64,000 nt of DNA from Candidatus Poribacteria bacterium. Its GTDB lineage: Bacteria > Poribacteria > WGA-4E > WGA-3G. Below the pieces are notes generated by a model. The model made no database searches and was not told the origin of the DNA. It saw nothing but the letters and a program-made list of their open reading frames with translations. The DNA is taken from the NCBI GenBank assembly GCA_964291315.2, contig OZ219753.1, positions 2,144,001 through 2,208,000 of the forward strand. Direction: 5' to 3'. How positions within the stretch are numbered: position 1 is the first letter of the stretch; every line of letters starts with the position of its first letter. Positions 38,287-48,249 of this stretch are shown here, in pieces. Both the position numbers and the translations under genes were made by a program.

Positions 38287-38922
38287 ATGAAAGGAAATTA
38301 TGAAAAATACAGTGATGCCGAGCTTGTGCAATGTTATCAGAAAGGCGATGAAGAAGCTGGAAATGCCCTCTATCAGCGATACTGGTCCCCTCTCTGCAGG
38401 TTCTTCAGAAAGAAAGTCAAGGGAAATCGCCGAGAGGATATAGAGGATCTCGTTCAAGAAACGTTCTGTGAGACCCTGAAGACGCTTAAAAACCTGCGAT
38501 CTCCGGCGAGTTTTCAGCCGTGGATCTATAAGATCGCAAGACGGGTTATAAGAAACCGGATCAACGTGCAGCAGAAGCGCATCGAATATGTCTCACTAGA
38601 TCACTCACCAGAAGACGAACTTGAACAAACGTTTGACATAGAGTCTTTTCATGCACCGGTGACGGAGCAGCCGGAATATCAGACGCTTGACAACGAACTG
38701 AGAGACATTTGTCTCCGTTTTGAGCAGACGCTTCGACCGGATGAATTAAGGGTATTCCGTTTAAGACATCACAAGGGCAAGACTTTCCAAGAGATTGGAG
38801 AGGCGTTGGCTATCAAACAGGGTACTGCGAAAGTTCGGTATCATCGGGTGGTTCAGGCGTTTAGAGCGTGGTTAGGCAAGCATTATCCAGATATTTATCA
38901 TTCAAATCAATTAACTAACTAA
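38287..38922 (+). CDS. ECF (sigma-70 group 4) RNA polymerase sigma factor
   Basis: SDAELVQ..GD..A..LYQRY, EDLVQETF, FQPWIYKIAR (region 2); VFRLRH..TFQEIGEALAIKQGTAKVRYHR (region 4). Start at ATG 38287 preferred over 38173. Confidence 0.93.
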   Translation: MKGNYEKYSDAELVQCYQKGDEEAGNALYQRYWSPLCRFFRKKVKGNRREDIEDLVQETFCETLKTLKNLRSPASFQPWIYKIARRVIRNRINVQQKRIEYVSLDHSPEDELEQTFDIESFHAPVTEQPEYQTLDNELRDICLRFEQTLRPDELRVFRLRHHKGKTFQEIGEALAIKQGTAKVRYHRVVQAFRAWLGKHYPDIYHSNQLTN

Positions 38923-38939
38923 TAGAGAGGAGCTTTTTC

Positions 38940-39129
38940 ATGCGCCGCTTTACTATTGCTGTTATTATCATTGGATGAGGTTGGTCTTTTATGGGAGGCG
39001 ATAATAGTTTTCAACCCGCATCCTGAAAATCTGAAGAGCTATGAACTGATAAAAAAGCTCTCATCGCAAGCGGATCCTGATAGGTTTGAGATAAGGTATG
39101 ATCTGGAAAAAGGAGAGAAAGATCAATGA
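38940..39129 (+). pseudogene. Internally deleted copy of the 37461-38117 gene
   Basis: RBS and the first ~32 nt (MRRFTIAVII) are joined out of frame to the last ~158 nt of the gene; stop after 12 codons. Confidence 0.85.
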
Positions 39130-39225
39130 AACCTACCTAACTCTGGAGGGTGGAACTCATGTTTCACGCTCCAGAGTTTTTTCTTTTGGGAGATATGATT
39201 TCCAAGCCCCGCAGCTCTTCCATTA
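38972..39225 (+). repeat. Second copy of ~254-bp direct repeat, including a terminator at 39139-39187
   Basis: Matches 37960-38212. Confidence 0.9.
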
Positions 39226-39833
39226 GGATCACCACTCTATTCTGTTTTCAGCAGCGTACCAGTCAAAAGTTTCCTTGGCGATATAAAATCAGCCCAAAAT
39301 AGGTTCAATAATTCTTGCCATCGCTGGGAGCGACTTGTTTGAGAAGTAAAGCCTTGACAGTTTTACTCTTGTTCTATGTTGCTTACGGTATTCTACCCGT
39401 TAGCGTTGAAAGAGGTTGACATAAAATTAACATGTGTGTAATAATAGATAGATGTCATATGGCCGATGTATCCATGTGTTCGACATCCCGTATAGGTTAA
39501 TCGGCTACGTAATGTGTGGTGTAGTCTGTTAGGTTGTGCCGCAGTGGTTCTGACGCTTAAAGCAGGATTTTTCCGTGTGTCGCGTCTAGTGTTAATGATG
39601 AAGTAAGTAAAACTAAGTATGAAAAAGGGCGTTTTCAATTTAATATGGAGGGCCCGTTCACACAGAAACGGATTCGTTTAATCAACCCGTACACCTCGTT
39701 GTTTCAAAAAAGATTGTTTTTTTTCACATTTCCTATTATAGTACTTTAAACGATCAAAAAATAGAGACGTGTTGTACAGGAAGCGTCAAAAATACAGTCT
39801 GTCGCTTTCTATACCGACACATAGGAGGTTATT

Positions 39834-40592
39834 TTGCTAAACGCAAGCGTTATCATTGTTACCCTCAGCGTACTGCTCATGCTGGGTTTTAACCTAACCG
39901 CCTCAGGTGAGATCACCACAGATATGGTTGCCGCAGCATGGCTGTTTGATGGCGATGCCGCTGATTTCTCACAAAACGGATTTGATGGCGAAGTAGAAGG
40001 CGGCAAATTCGTTACTGGCAAGATCGGTGAAGCAATTGAATTGAACGGTAAAGACGAGTGGATCGCTATTCCAAAGCGGATTGGTGAATTTGAGGAAATT
40101 ACCTTCACACACTGGGTCAAATCCACGGGACGCGAAGCACAATGGCGTGTCTTTTTCAACAACGATGGGTGGAAAGCAGGAGACATCCACTATCAAATGC
40201 ACCCGAACAATAAAGTAGAGTTCTCTATTCACAGTAACCCAGGCGGCAACGATACCTTTGCGGATTACATGTTAGCAGGGGATCAGATGGACAAGTGGGT
40301 CCATATCGCAACTGCCTATAGTGCAAAAGAGAAGAAGATTCGTTTTTATATTAACGGTGAGCTCGATATCGAAAACGATTGGGGCGGCAACCCCGGTATC
40401 CTCGACCCAGGTCGGATTGGCGACTGGGACCAAACCAGACAGTGGCAAGGCCTGTTAGACGAATTCATTATCTTTAACACGGTTCTTAGCGAAGACGACA
40501 TCCAAGCCGTCATGAACAACGGTTTGGAGCCAACGCTTGCTGTGGATCCGAAACGGAAATTGGCTGTCACATGGGGCAGTTTGAAAAAATAA
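39834..40592 (+). CDS. Secreted LamG/concanavalin A-like domain protein with conserved C-terminal tail
   Basis: Signal peptide, WLFDG..D.S.NG, GKIGEAIELNG, WVHIATAY, FYINGE, GLLDEFIIFN; tail LAVDPKRKLAVTWGSLKK. Confidence 0.9.
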   Translation: MLNASVIIVTLSVLLMLGFNLTASGEITTDMVAAAWLFDGDAADFSQNGFDGEVEGGKFVTGKIGEAIELNGKDEWIAIPKRIGEFEEITFTHWVKSTGREAQWRVFFNNDGWKAGDIHYQMHPNNKVEFSIHSNPGGNDTFADYMLAGDQMDKWVHIATAYSAKEKKIRFYINGELDIENDWGGNPGILDPGRIGDWDQTRQWQGLLDEFIIFNTVLSEDDIQAVMNNGLEPTLAVDPKRKLAVTWGSLKK

Positions 40593-40631
40593 GGAGCAGT
40601 CGATGTGCTGCTTTTCCAAAGGAGAAACACG

Positions 40632-41474
40632 ATGCTTTTGGGAAAATGCTATCTGAATTGTCCACTCACTGCAATCGTCGTCATTGCCATCAGTTTTGCA
40701 GCGTCTACCGCAAGCGATGCAGCTTTTGATGAGAAGCACATTGCGGGGATGTGGACATTTGAAGAAGGGAAAGGTAAAGTTGTAAAAGATCTATCTGGTA
40801 ATGGAACCGACGGTGAATTTGTGGGCGACCTGAAATGGGCAAAAGGTAAATTTGGAGGCGGTTTAGAATTCAACGGTGAGGACACCTGGGTCAAGCTCGG
40901 CACAAAGGGTGATGAAAAGACACTGGCTGCCTTAGATTTCAAAGATTCCGAAGGGTTCTCAATCCATTCCTGGGTCTATGCAGCAGAAGACCCTACTGGT
41001 AAATGTATTATCTGGAAGGGACTCGGCTGTTCAACGTGGTCACAGTTCTTACTCGGAACAGGTGCACATGAAAACGGAGAAAACAACACGCAGGCTGCGT
41101 TTCACATTCGCGCAGCAAATGGTGACGGAAAGCTTGAAGTCCTCGGTGACGAACTCGCCGCCAAAGAGTGGGTACATCTCGTCGGCACATGGGACGGAAA
41201 CAAACTTCATGTCTATGTTAACGGCAAACTGCAGAACTCCGAAGATGCAAAAGGACCGCCCTGGGCCTCGCCCGAGGAGGTCTACATCGGCGCAGATCCC
41301 GGCTGTGGTAAACGCTGCCAGTGGAACGGCATCATTGACGAAATTGTTGTCTTTGATACGGTGCTCACTGATGCCGATGTATCGAAACTCGGCGCAGGCA
41401 TCGAAGGAGCATTAGCCGTTGATGCCGCACGGAAAACAGCGACAACCTGGGGATTACTCAAGGCTGCACAATAG
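40632..41474 (+). CDS. Secreted LamG domain protein with conserved C-terminal tail
   Basis: WTFEEGKG..KDLSGNG, GKFGGGLEFNG, WVHLVGTWDG, YVNG, GIIDEI; tail LAVDAARKTATTWGLLK. RBS favours ATG 40632. Confidence 0.9.
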   Translation: MLLGKCYLNCPLTAIVVIAISFAASTASDAAFDEKHIAGMWTFEEGKGKVVKDLSGNGTDGEFVGDLKWAKGKFGGGLEFNGEDTWVKLGTKGDEKTLAALDFKDSEGFSIHSWVYAAEDPTGKCIIWKGLGCSTWSQFLLGTGAHENGENNTQAAFHIRAANGDGKLEVLGDELAAKEWVHLVGTWDGNKLHVYVNGKLQNSEDAKGPPWASPEEVYIGADPGCGKRCQWNGIIDEIVVFDTVLTDADVSKLGAGIEGALAVDAARKTATTWGLLKAAQ

Positions 41475-41598
41475 TTGTTTCTCAAAACAGTTACTCTTAG
41501 GGTATTCAGGGTATCCTGAAAAGAAACATCGACGGCAAATAGCGTGTCATGCCGTGCAGAGCATTAACAAACAGCTAAACCTCAAGGAGGTTGCTTAA

Positions 41599-42372
41599 AT
41601 GCGTATCTTTATTAATCAATTTCTACACAAACCTTCCATATTCATAATAGTCGCTGTCGCTGTTCTCATCTGCAGCACCAGCAGCTTCGCTGAGGTTTTA
41701 TACTTCGACGATTTTGAAGATGGAAAAATTGATGGAAAATATGAATTCAAGAACAACGAAGGGAAATGGATAGAAGAAGGGGGCGTTATTACTCAAACCG
41801 ACGAATCCCCAGGCGATCATACCTATCTCGTCTTAGATGGCGGTTTCCCAGAACCACATACCGGACTAGTCATGATTCGTATCGATGACTGGGGCGATGG
41901 TGACCTTGCACGGTGTGGACTCGGATTCCGTCTAGATCCGGGGGATGCCTCTGGTTACGCATTTTTGGTTCATCACTTCCTCAATAACATGGAATTCCTC
42001 AACGACCATCTTGCTTGGAAGCAGAATGATACCGAACCGCCATTCGGTGAGGTGGAACTCGGCAAATGGTACTGGATGAAAGCCGAAATATCCGATAAGG
42101 GCTTTACCGGTAAAATCTGGGAAGATGGCAAAAACGAACCCAAAGATTGGCTTCTCGACAGTAAACTCGACTTCGGGAATGTCAGGCCAGAGAGTGGCCA
42201 GGTTGGACTCAACGGAGGTTCAAGCAATGGTGCCCCGGCGCTGACTGTTGTCTCCTTTGACAATTGGGCGATTTGTGAAACCGCTGACGAATGTACACCG
42301 GACGAGATCCTCGCTGTTCAGGCGACAGGCAAACTTTCAACAGTCTGGGGCGCACTCAAGACGCACTACTAA
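41599..42372 (+). CDS. Secreted beta-sandwich (ConA/DUF1080-like) protein with conserved C-terminal tail
   Basis: Signal peptide, YFDDFEDG, WYWMKAE, GQVGL, VSFDN; tail LAVQATGKLSTVWGALK. Confidence 0.8.
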   Translation: MRIFINQFLHKPSIFIIVAVAVLICSTSSFAEVLYFDDFEDGKIDGKYEFKNNEGKWIEEGGVITQTDESPGDHTYLVLDGGFPEPHTGLVMIRIDDWGDGDLARCGLGFRLDPGDASGYAFLVHHFLNNMEFLNDHLAWKQNDTEPPFGEVELGKWYWMKAEISDKGFTGKIWEDGKNEPKDWLLDSKLDFGNVRPESGQVGLNGGSSNGAPALTVVSFDNWAICETADECTPDEILAVQATGKLSTVWGALKTHY

Positions 42373-42495
42373 AACACCCCATCCATACAAAGATTGGGGC
42401 AATACTAACAAAAGCAACCGGGGATAATTTTTATCCCATCTGCAGGAGAGTGCAACCCGCGGAGCTGTCTCCACGTAACCACTAACGTATAACTT

Positions 42496-42663
42496 ATGGC
42501 AACAATTCTTCTCGCTATTTTCGGGATTTTCATATTTGTTGTGGGAGTCCTGATCCTCTTTCAAATTCTGCAAGTAATTTTCGCCTTCATATTTTCGGCT
42601 GCCCTATTCGTCATCGTTGTTGGCGGGGCATTCCTTATCCTCAAGAAAATTTTGAAGAGTTAA
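42496..42663 (+). CDS. Small 55-aa two-TM membrane protein (below ORF-track cutoff)
   Basis: MATILLAIFGIFIFVVGVLILFQILQVIFAFIFSAALFVIVVGGAFLILKKILKS; hydrophobic hairpin with basic C-terminus, co-oriented with the cluster. Confidence 0.6.
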   Translation: MATILLAIFGIFIFVVGVLILFQILQVIFAFIFSAALFVIVVGGAFLILKKILKS

Positions 42664-42734
42664 AAGGTACTTATCGCAGTCGTAGGCATTCACTTGCACG
42701 TTTTTCACATCCAACACATCAAAGGAGAAACACT

Positions 42735-43526
42735 GTGTTACAAAAGGCTATTTTGGTAATTTTGATCACGCTCATTATTCTAAGCACAACCCATCTTCCC
42801 GCCCAAATCGTAGAAGATGGACTAGTCAGCTATTGGAGCTTCGACGCAAACAACGTTGCCGGAAACAACGTTAAAGATGGAACCGGCAACTATAATGGCA
42901 CTATCAACGGAAACCTAAAAAAAGCCGCCGGTAAAATCGGGGATGCCTTGGAGTTTGACGGCAACGAAGCAAATTTCATCGAAATCGACACCCCTGAGGA
43001 CTTCGATTTCAACGCCGATTTCACCTGGGCAGCATGGATAAAAACCGACTTTTCCGGGCCCGGTGTCATCTTCGCGAAGACAGGAGGCCCTGGCACTGAT
43101 GATAAGGGCCCCAAAACCTTATGGATCCGCAATAGTGTCCTTAATCTTGACACAGGTTGGGTAGGCAACGTCGAAGACGCAGGAAACAATATTGACGACA
43201 ACAAATGGCATTACATTGCCGTCACGGGAACACCAGAAGATAGTAAAGTCCAATTCTTCGTTGACGGCAAAGCCACAACTGAAGGAATACTCAACCTCGC
43301 CCAATTCCCTGAAGATGAATGGGAAAATCATCTCTTTATCGGTGTAGACGGCAGATCCGATGGCGAATTCGGAGTATTCACAGGTATCATTGACGAATTT
43401 AGTGTCTATAACCGAGCTCTTGACGAAGCCGAAGTCAACCAGAATTTCATGTCCGACATGGGTCTTGCAGTCGATCCGAACGGAAAGCTTGCAGTGACCT
43501 GGGGCACCATCAAGGCACATCGATAG
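42735..43526 (+). CDS. Secreted LamG domain protein with conserved C-terminal tail
   Basis: GLVSYWSFD, GKIGDALEFDG, FTWAAWIK, KWHYIAVT, GIIDEFSVYNRAL; tail LAVDPNGKLAVTWGTIK. Confidence 0.92.
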   Translation: MLQKAILVILITLIILSTTHLPAQIVEDGLVSYWSFDANNVAGNNVKDGTGNYNGTINGNLKKAAGKIGDALEFDGNEANFIEIDTPEDFDFNADFTWAAWIKTDFSGPGVIFAKTGGPGTDDKGPKTLWIRNSVLNLDTGWVGNVEDAGNNIDDNKWHYIAVTGTPEDSKVQFFVDGKATTEGILNLAQFPEDEWENHLFIGVDGRSDGEFGVFTGIIDEFSVYNRALDEAEVNQNFMSDMGLAVDPNGKLAVTWGTIKAHR

Positions 43527-43541
43527 AGTGCTCTGCTTCTC

Positions 43542-43568
43542 GTAGGTGCGCGAGATCAGCGCACCTAC
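43542..43568. repeat. GTAG-type REP-like palindrome
   Basis: gtaggtgcgc-gagatca-gcgcacctac, perfect 10-bp stem just after a stop codon. Confidence 0.7.
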
Positions 43569-43812
43569 ACAACCCTATAGGGCTAACATAAACTTGGGCC
43601 AAGTGTGCAGAGCTACGTTATTACAAGCCTGTATAAACAGGATCATCCGCACAAGCACAAACTACTCGGTTCTCAAACACTTTCGCCCTTCCCAAAAAAT
43701 ATGACAGTCAACTGTCTGTGACAATCTTTAGTTGTTGTGTAGCGTCTGTAACGTCATGAAGAGAACGCTACACAACAACTGATTCAAATCTAAAAAAGAG
43801 AGGTACTCTTCA

Positions 43813-44604
43813 ATGAACAAGTTTATGACGTTTCTTAGGTCTACCAAGACCAGAATCCAGGTGATAACAGTAATAGGACTGATATTTTCTCTAACGCAGC
43901 TCCCCACTGTTGCGAAACGGGATAAGCAGTACGTTGCCAAGCAAATTACGAACCTTAAAATAGATGGGGATCTCAGTGAGTGGAAACGTGCCGAAATTGT
44001 TGCCTTCGATGAACTAAAAGATGTTGGGCAAGGCATGCCGAAGGCCAAAGATTTCAGTGGACAAGGCCGGGTGGCATGGACGGCCAAAGAGCCGACCCGT
44101 ATCTATTTCGCTGTTGAAATCACGGACGACGAGCTCCAAGACGTTAACCCACCGGAGGCCAGATGGTGGGAAGATGATAGCGTTGAATTTATGTTTGATT
44201 TTGACAACGGTATGGTCCGGGAGAGCCTCGTTCAGTGGACGCTCGGAGCCAACGGTAAGGACTTATCTGCAGCGGCTTCCGAGGAAAACACCGAATGGGT
44301 GCTGATTAAAAACGGAAACGACTATATCTACGAAGTCGCTATTGACCCTACCAAACCGCGCGGTAATCCCGAATTCGCAAACCCCGGAAAAGGGGAAAAG
44401 TTCAAAGCAAAAGATGGACTGACCATCGGGCTCAGCTTTCACGCAAACGATTGTGAGGGCGGCCAACGCGAACATCAGATCGGATGGACGCCAGGAGGAG
44501 CATGGGATGGGCTCGCCTACGGCGACCTCATCTTTGACGAAGAAATATTAGCTGTCGAACCCTCAGGCAAGCTCACTCTCACGTGGAGTGCTTTAAAACG
44601 GTAA
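43813..44604 (+). CDS. Secreted CBM9/DOMON-like sugar-binding protein with conserved C-terminal tail
   Basis: KIDGDLSEW, IYFAVEITDD, WEDDSVEFMFD, YIYEVAI, IGLSFHAND; tail LAVEPSGKLTLTWSALKR. Confidence 0.85.
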   Translation: MNKFMTFLRSTKTRIQVITVIGLIFSLTQLPTVAKRDKQYVAKQITNLKIDGDLSEWKRAEIVAFDELKDVGQGMPKAKDFSGQGRVAWTAKEPTRIYFAVEITDDELQDVNPPEARWWEDDSVEFMFDFDNGMVRESLVQWTLGANGKDLSAAASEENTEWVLIKNGNDYIYEVAIDPTKPRGNPEFANPGKGEKFKAKDGLTIGLSFHANDCEGGQREHQIGWTPGGAWDGLAYGDLIFDEEILAVEPSGKLTLTWSALKR

Positions 44605-44720
44605 AACGTTATCAGCAGTCAGCCCCGGGTTATCCGAAATTAAAGAGATATGTGATTTTATCATATATTTCTTTTTCTTAATCCAACTGCTGGCTGCCAA
44701 CCTCCGCCCGCTATTCATGC

Positions 44721-46649
44721 ATGCCAAAACCTAACGGATCTTTTACCTCCGGAATTACCTTTCGTTCTCTCTTTATTGGGACATTCCTCATTATCGGGAA
44801 CGCCTACTGGCTCGCCTACGCTGCTGAGATGATTCAGCCGCAGTTCCTGCTCAACTTCGTCTCGCTCTTCTTCAACGCGGTTTTCACTCTCTTTATCCTC
44901 ATCGGCTTTAATCTCGCTTGGAAAAAACTCTCACCGCGCACGGCACTGACTTCCCAAGAACTCCTTGTTATCTATATTATGGTGGTTATGGTATCCACCA
45001 TCGGCGGCCACTCTATGATGACTTTTTTGATCGGCACCTTGGCACATCCGTTTCGGTTCGCCACCATTGAGAATGAATGGGCATCGCTCTTCTGGCGTTA
45101 CATTCCGACTTGGTTTGTGCCTGAAGACTACGCATTGGATGCCTACTTCAAGGGAGGTTTGAGCTTCTACCTCCCTAAGCATCTACGGGGGTGGATGGTG
45201 CCGATTCTGGTCTGGACAGGGTTCGTTGCAATGCTCTGGTTCACACTGATATGCCTGAATAGCATCATTCGTGTACAGTGGACAGAACGTGAAAAGTTGG
45301 CGTATCCGATCATCCAATTACCGTTGCAAATGGCACAAGGCCGGAAAAATTTTTACAGAAACGGCGCAATGTGGACCGGTTTTTCAGTCGCCGCAGGTAT
45401 CGAAATTATCGCGGGGTTGAGTCATCTGTTCCCACAAATCCCCGCTATTCGCCTCGGCTCTTACTCTATCCAACATCTATTCACTGAGAAACCGTGGAAC
45501 GCAGTCGGGTGGTTGCCGCTGTCCATCTATCCTTTTATCATAGGGCTTACGTTCTTCGTACCCTTAGATATCTCGATGTCGGCGTGGTTCTTCTATCTGT
45601 TTGGCAAAGCGGAACGGATTGTTCGTATGGGGATAATCGGTGAAGGTGAGCTCTACTTTGCGGAACGCGCCGGCGGGGCGTGGCTTGCTGTCGGTGCCCT
45701 GGCGTTGTGGGGTACTCGGAGACATCTCCGGGATGTTATCAAGAATTGCTTTATGGCGCAAAAAGCGTTTGACGATTCAAACGAACCGATGCCGTACCGT
45801 GTCGCCGTCATCGGGTTAATTTTGGGGGCGGTTGCCCTGACGCTCTTTTCGGTGAAGGCGGGTATGTCTTTAGGCGGCGTGCTCGGCTTTATTGCGATTT
45901 TCACTGTGATGGCGCTCGGCGTTACACGCGTCCGGGCCGAATTCGGGCCCCCTTCACACGAAATCCTCGCCCTTGATCCAGCAAGACTGATGGTTGTTAC
46001 CTTCGGGGCGCGATTCGTCGGAACCGGCAACCTCACGATTATCTCTTTCTACTATTGGCTCAACCGCCTCAACGTTTCACATCCGATGCCGAATCAATTA
46101 GAAGGATTCAAGATCGCCGAACGAGCAGGCATAGACAGCCGAAAACTCGTCTGGGTGATGATGTTCGCAATCATCATCGGCACCCTTGCATCGTTTTGGG
46201 CGTTCCTCTACTTACTCTATGAAACCGGGGCATTGGCAGTGCATGGATACATCATCGGTATCGGCGATGAGGTCTTTGGGAGACGTTTAGAACGGTGGAT
46301 TAACAACCCGAGCGGCCCAAATTGGAATGGCACTCAATCTATGGGGATCGGGGCATCCATGACGTGGCTCCTCTACTTTCTACGTCATAAATTTATCTGG
46401 TGGCCCTTCCACCCTATCGGATACGTGATGACGGCCGCGACGTGGGGCGGACTTGCAGACTTCTGGTTCTCTGTCTATCTCGGCTGGATGGTAAAGTTCA
46501 TCATCGTTAAAATCTTCGGGTTACGCGCACACCAACGCGCAATACCGTTCTTTTTAGGCCTCGTCATGGGCGACTATGTATTTGTAGGAGGATGGGCACT
46601 GATCGGCACTCTGTTCGACATGCCTACTTACGTGCTCTGGTCGCCTTAA
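44721..46649 (+). CDS. DUF6785/DUF6784-type polytopic membrane protein (putative transporter)
   Basis: RVQWTEREKLAYPIIQLP, TRVRAEFG, WWPFHPIGY, PFFLGLVMGD; paralog of 18324-20240. Confidence 0.75.
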   Translation: MPKPNGSFTSGITFRSLFIGTFLIIGNAYWLAYAAEMIQPQFLLNFVSLFFNAVFTLFILIGFNLAWKKLSPRTALTSQELLVIYIMVVMVSTIGGHSMMTFLIGTLAHPFRFATIENEWASLFWRYIPTWFVPEDYALDAYFKGGLSFYLPKHLRGWMVPILVWTGFVAMLWFTLICLNSIIRVQWTEREKLAYPIIQLPLQMAQGRKNFYRNGAMWTGFSVAAGIEIIAGLSHLFPQIPAIRLGSYSIQHLFTEKPWNAVGWLPLSIYPFIIGLTFFVPLDISMSAWFFYLFGKAERIVRMGIIGEGELYFAERAGGAWLAVGALALWGTRRHLRDVIKNCFMAQKAFDDSNEPMPYRVAVIGLILGAVALTLFSVKAGMSLGGVLGFIAIFTVMALGVTRVRAEFGPPSHEILALDPARLMVVTFGARFVGTGNLTIISFYYWLNRLNVSHPMPNQLEGFKIAERAGIDSRKLVWVMMFAIIIGTLASFWAFLYLLYETGALAVHGYIIGIGDEVFGRRLERWINNPSGPNWNGTQSMGIGASMTWLLYFLRHKFIWWPFHPIGYVMTAATWGGLADFWFSVYLGWMVKFIIVKIFGLRAHQRAIPFFLGLVMGDYVFVGGWALIGTLFDMPTYVLWSP

Positions 46650-46691
46650 GCAGCACACTGTCTGATTCCAGCTGAAGGAGCTACATTCTCT

Positions 46692-47528
46692 ATGTACAAC
46701 TTAAATGGAAAAGTCGCCTTAGTAACAGGTGCAGGCGGCAAAAACGGCATCGGCCGCGCCATCGCGACCCGCTTAGCAAGAGAGGGCGCTGATGTTGCTG
46801 TCAACGACATCACAGAGCATCCGTATATTGATAATCAGGCCGATTGGCAGGGGCTGCCGGATGTCGTGCGTGAGATCGAAGCAATGGGACAAAGCGCTAT
46901 GAGTATCGTTGCAGACGTTTCAGATTCGGAACAGGTCGGCCGGATGGTAGACCAAACTGTGGCACATTTCGGGAAAATTGATATCCTCGTCAATAACGCC
47001 GGGACAATCGCTGGCAAGGATCGTGTGCCTGTCGTGGATCTGGCGGAAGAGGATTGGGACCGCGTGCAGCGGGTTAATGTAAAAGGCGTTTTCCTCTGCT
47101 CTCAGGCAGTGGCACGGTATCTGATCGCACAAGGAACAGGTGGTAAAATTATTAATCTCTCTTCTGTTACCGGGAAACGGGGATCGGTCCGTTTCGCTGC
47201 ATACAGTGCCTCGAAATTTGCGGTGCTCGGTTTCACGCAGTGCCTTGCCCACGAACTCGCCCCTTATCAGGTTAACGTCAATGCTATTTGTCCAGGACTT
47301 GTGGAGACAGAGCGTACCGCCCATCTTGCATCTGCTCTCATGCCCGATACGCTTTCCCCAGATGAGCAGCTCACGGAATACAGACACCGCTATGAGACGA
47401 CCGTTCCATTCGGGCGACTCGCTAAGGGAACGGACGTTGCCAAGATGGCTGCTTTCCTCGCCTCAGACGAGGCTGCTTACTTAACGGGGATATCTATTAC
47501 TGTCGCAGGTGGTTCGGTCATGGATTAA
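46692..47528 (+). CDS. Short-chain dehydrogenase/reductase (SDR)
   Basis: ALVTGAGGKNGIG, ILVNNAG, NLSS, YSASKF (YxxxK), VNAICPG. Confidence 0.95.
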   Translation: MYNLNGKVALVTGAGGKNGIGRAIATRLAREGADVAVNDITEHPYIDNQADWQGLPDVVREIEAMGQSAMSIVADVSDSEQVGRMVDQTVAHFGKIDILVNNAGTIAGKDRVPVVDLAEEDWDRVQRVNVKGVFLCSQAVARYLIAQGTGGKIINLSSVTGKRGSVRFAAYSASKFAVLGFTQCLAHELAPYQVNVNAICPGLVETERTAHLASALMPDTLSPDEQLTEYRHRYETTVPFGRLAKGTDVAKMAAFLASDEAAYLTGISITVAGGSVMD

Positions 47529-47570
47529 CACATATTACCACAGGCTGCTAGGCGATCTGTTCAATCTGAT

Positions 47571-47599
47571 TTGAAACCCGAAAAAAGATGGTGTATAAT
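47571..47599 (+). promoter_or_regulatory. Sigma70-type promoter with no clear gene immediately downstream
   Basis: TTGAAA-17 bp-TATAAT. Confidence 0.45.
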
Positions 47600-48203
47600 T
47601 TTTAGAAACCGAAGCAACCGAGATTAACGTGAGCTTGAAAAAGAGTGAGTAGGCTCTTTTGTAGCAGGGCTTCCTGTTCGGGTGTGCAGGCGCTCTTTAT
47701 TATTCGAAGTATTCGAAGCAGGTGCGAATATTATCAAGACCTCGTTAAATTAAACGTTTCTGCAAAACCAAACGTGAGGAAAAAGATTTATGAAAATAAA
47801 CAAAAAAGTGTGGCTCGCTTGCCTTCTCTTTCTCTGTGGAGGTGCTATAGGGGCGTTTGCAACCCGATCTCGCTGCGACGCTTTGGGGAGCGCGTAGACT
47901 CAACGACTGGCTTGGTCTTTCTCTGCGCGGCTCATTCAGAACTTGGGGCAACATTACTGAATCCATGAAGCATGAAGACGAGCACAGCAATACAAGACGC
48001 GCCTCTCTATTAATTTCAATTACTTCGCCTATCCTCTGAAGAGATTTGCATAATGATTAGAGCAGATAAGACAAAGAACGAGGAGTGCGACTGTGAAAAT
48101 CGCACCCAACACAATAACGGCGGGAACTATCATTATAGCGAATACCATGTAGCTCTGGATTATATAGATGTGTTCAACATAGATATCTCCCGCTAACTCT
48201 CAA

Positions 48204-48231
48204 ACGTCCTGAGTAAGACGTAAAACTGCTC
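48204..48231 (+). ncRNA. Small H-type pseudoknot motif, copy 1 (just before the RBS)
   Basis: ACGUC-CUGAGUAA-GACGU-AAAAC-UGCUC; loop GAGUA can pair with UGCUC. Confidence 0.55.
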
Positions 48232-48249
48232 ATTTTAAGGAGAAATATC

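Noticed and set aside
47645-48150. Short ORFs downstream of the 47571 promoter
   Set aside because: No recognisable motifs or convincing RBS; possibly decayed sequence.
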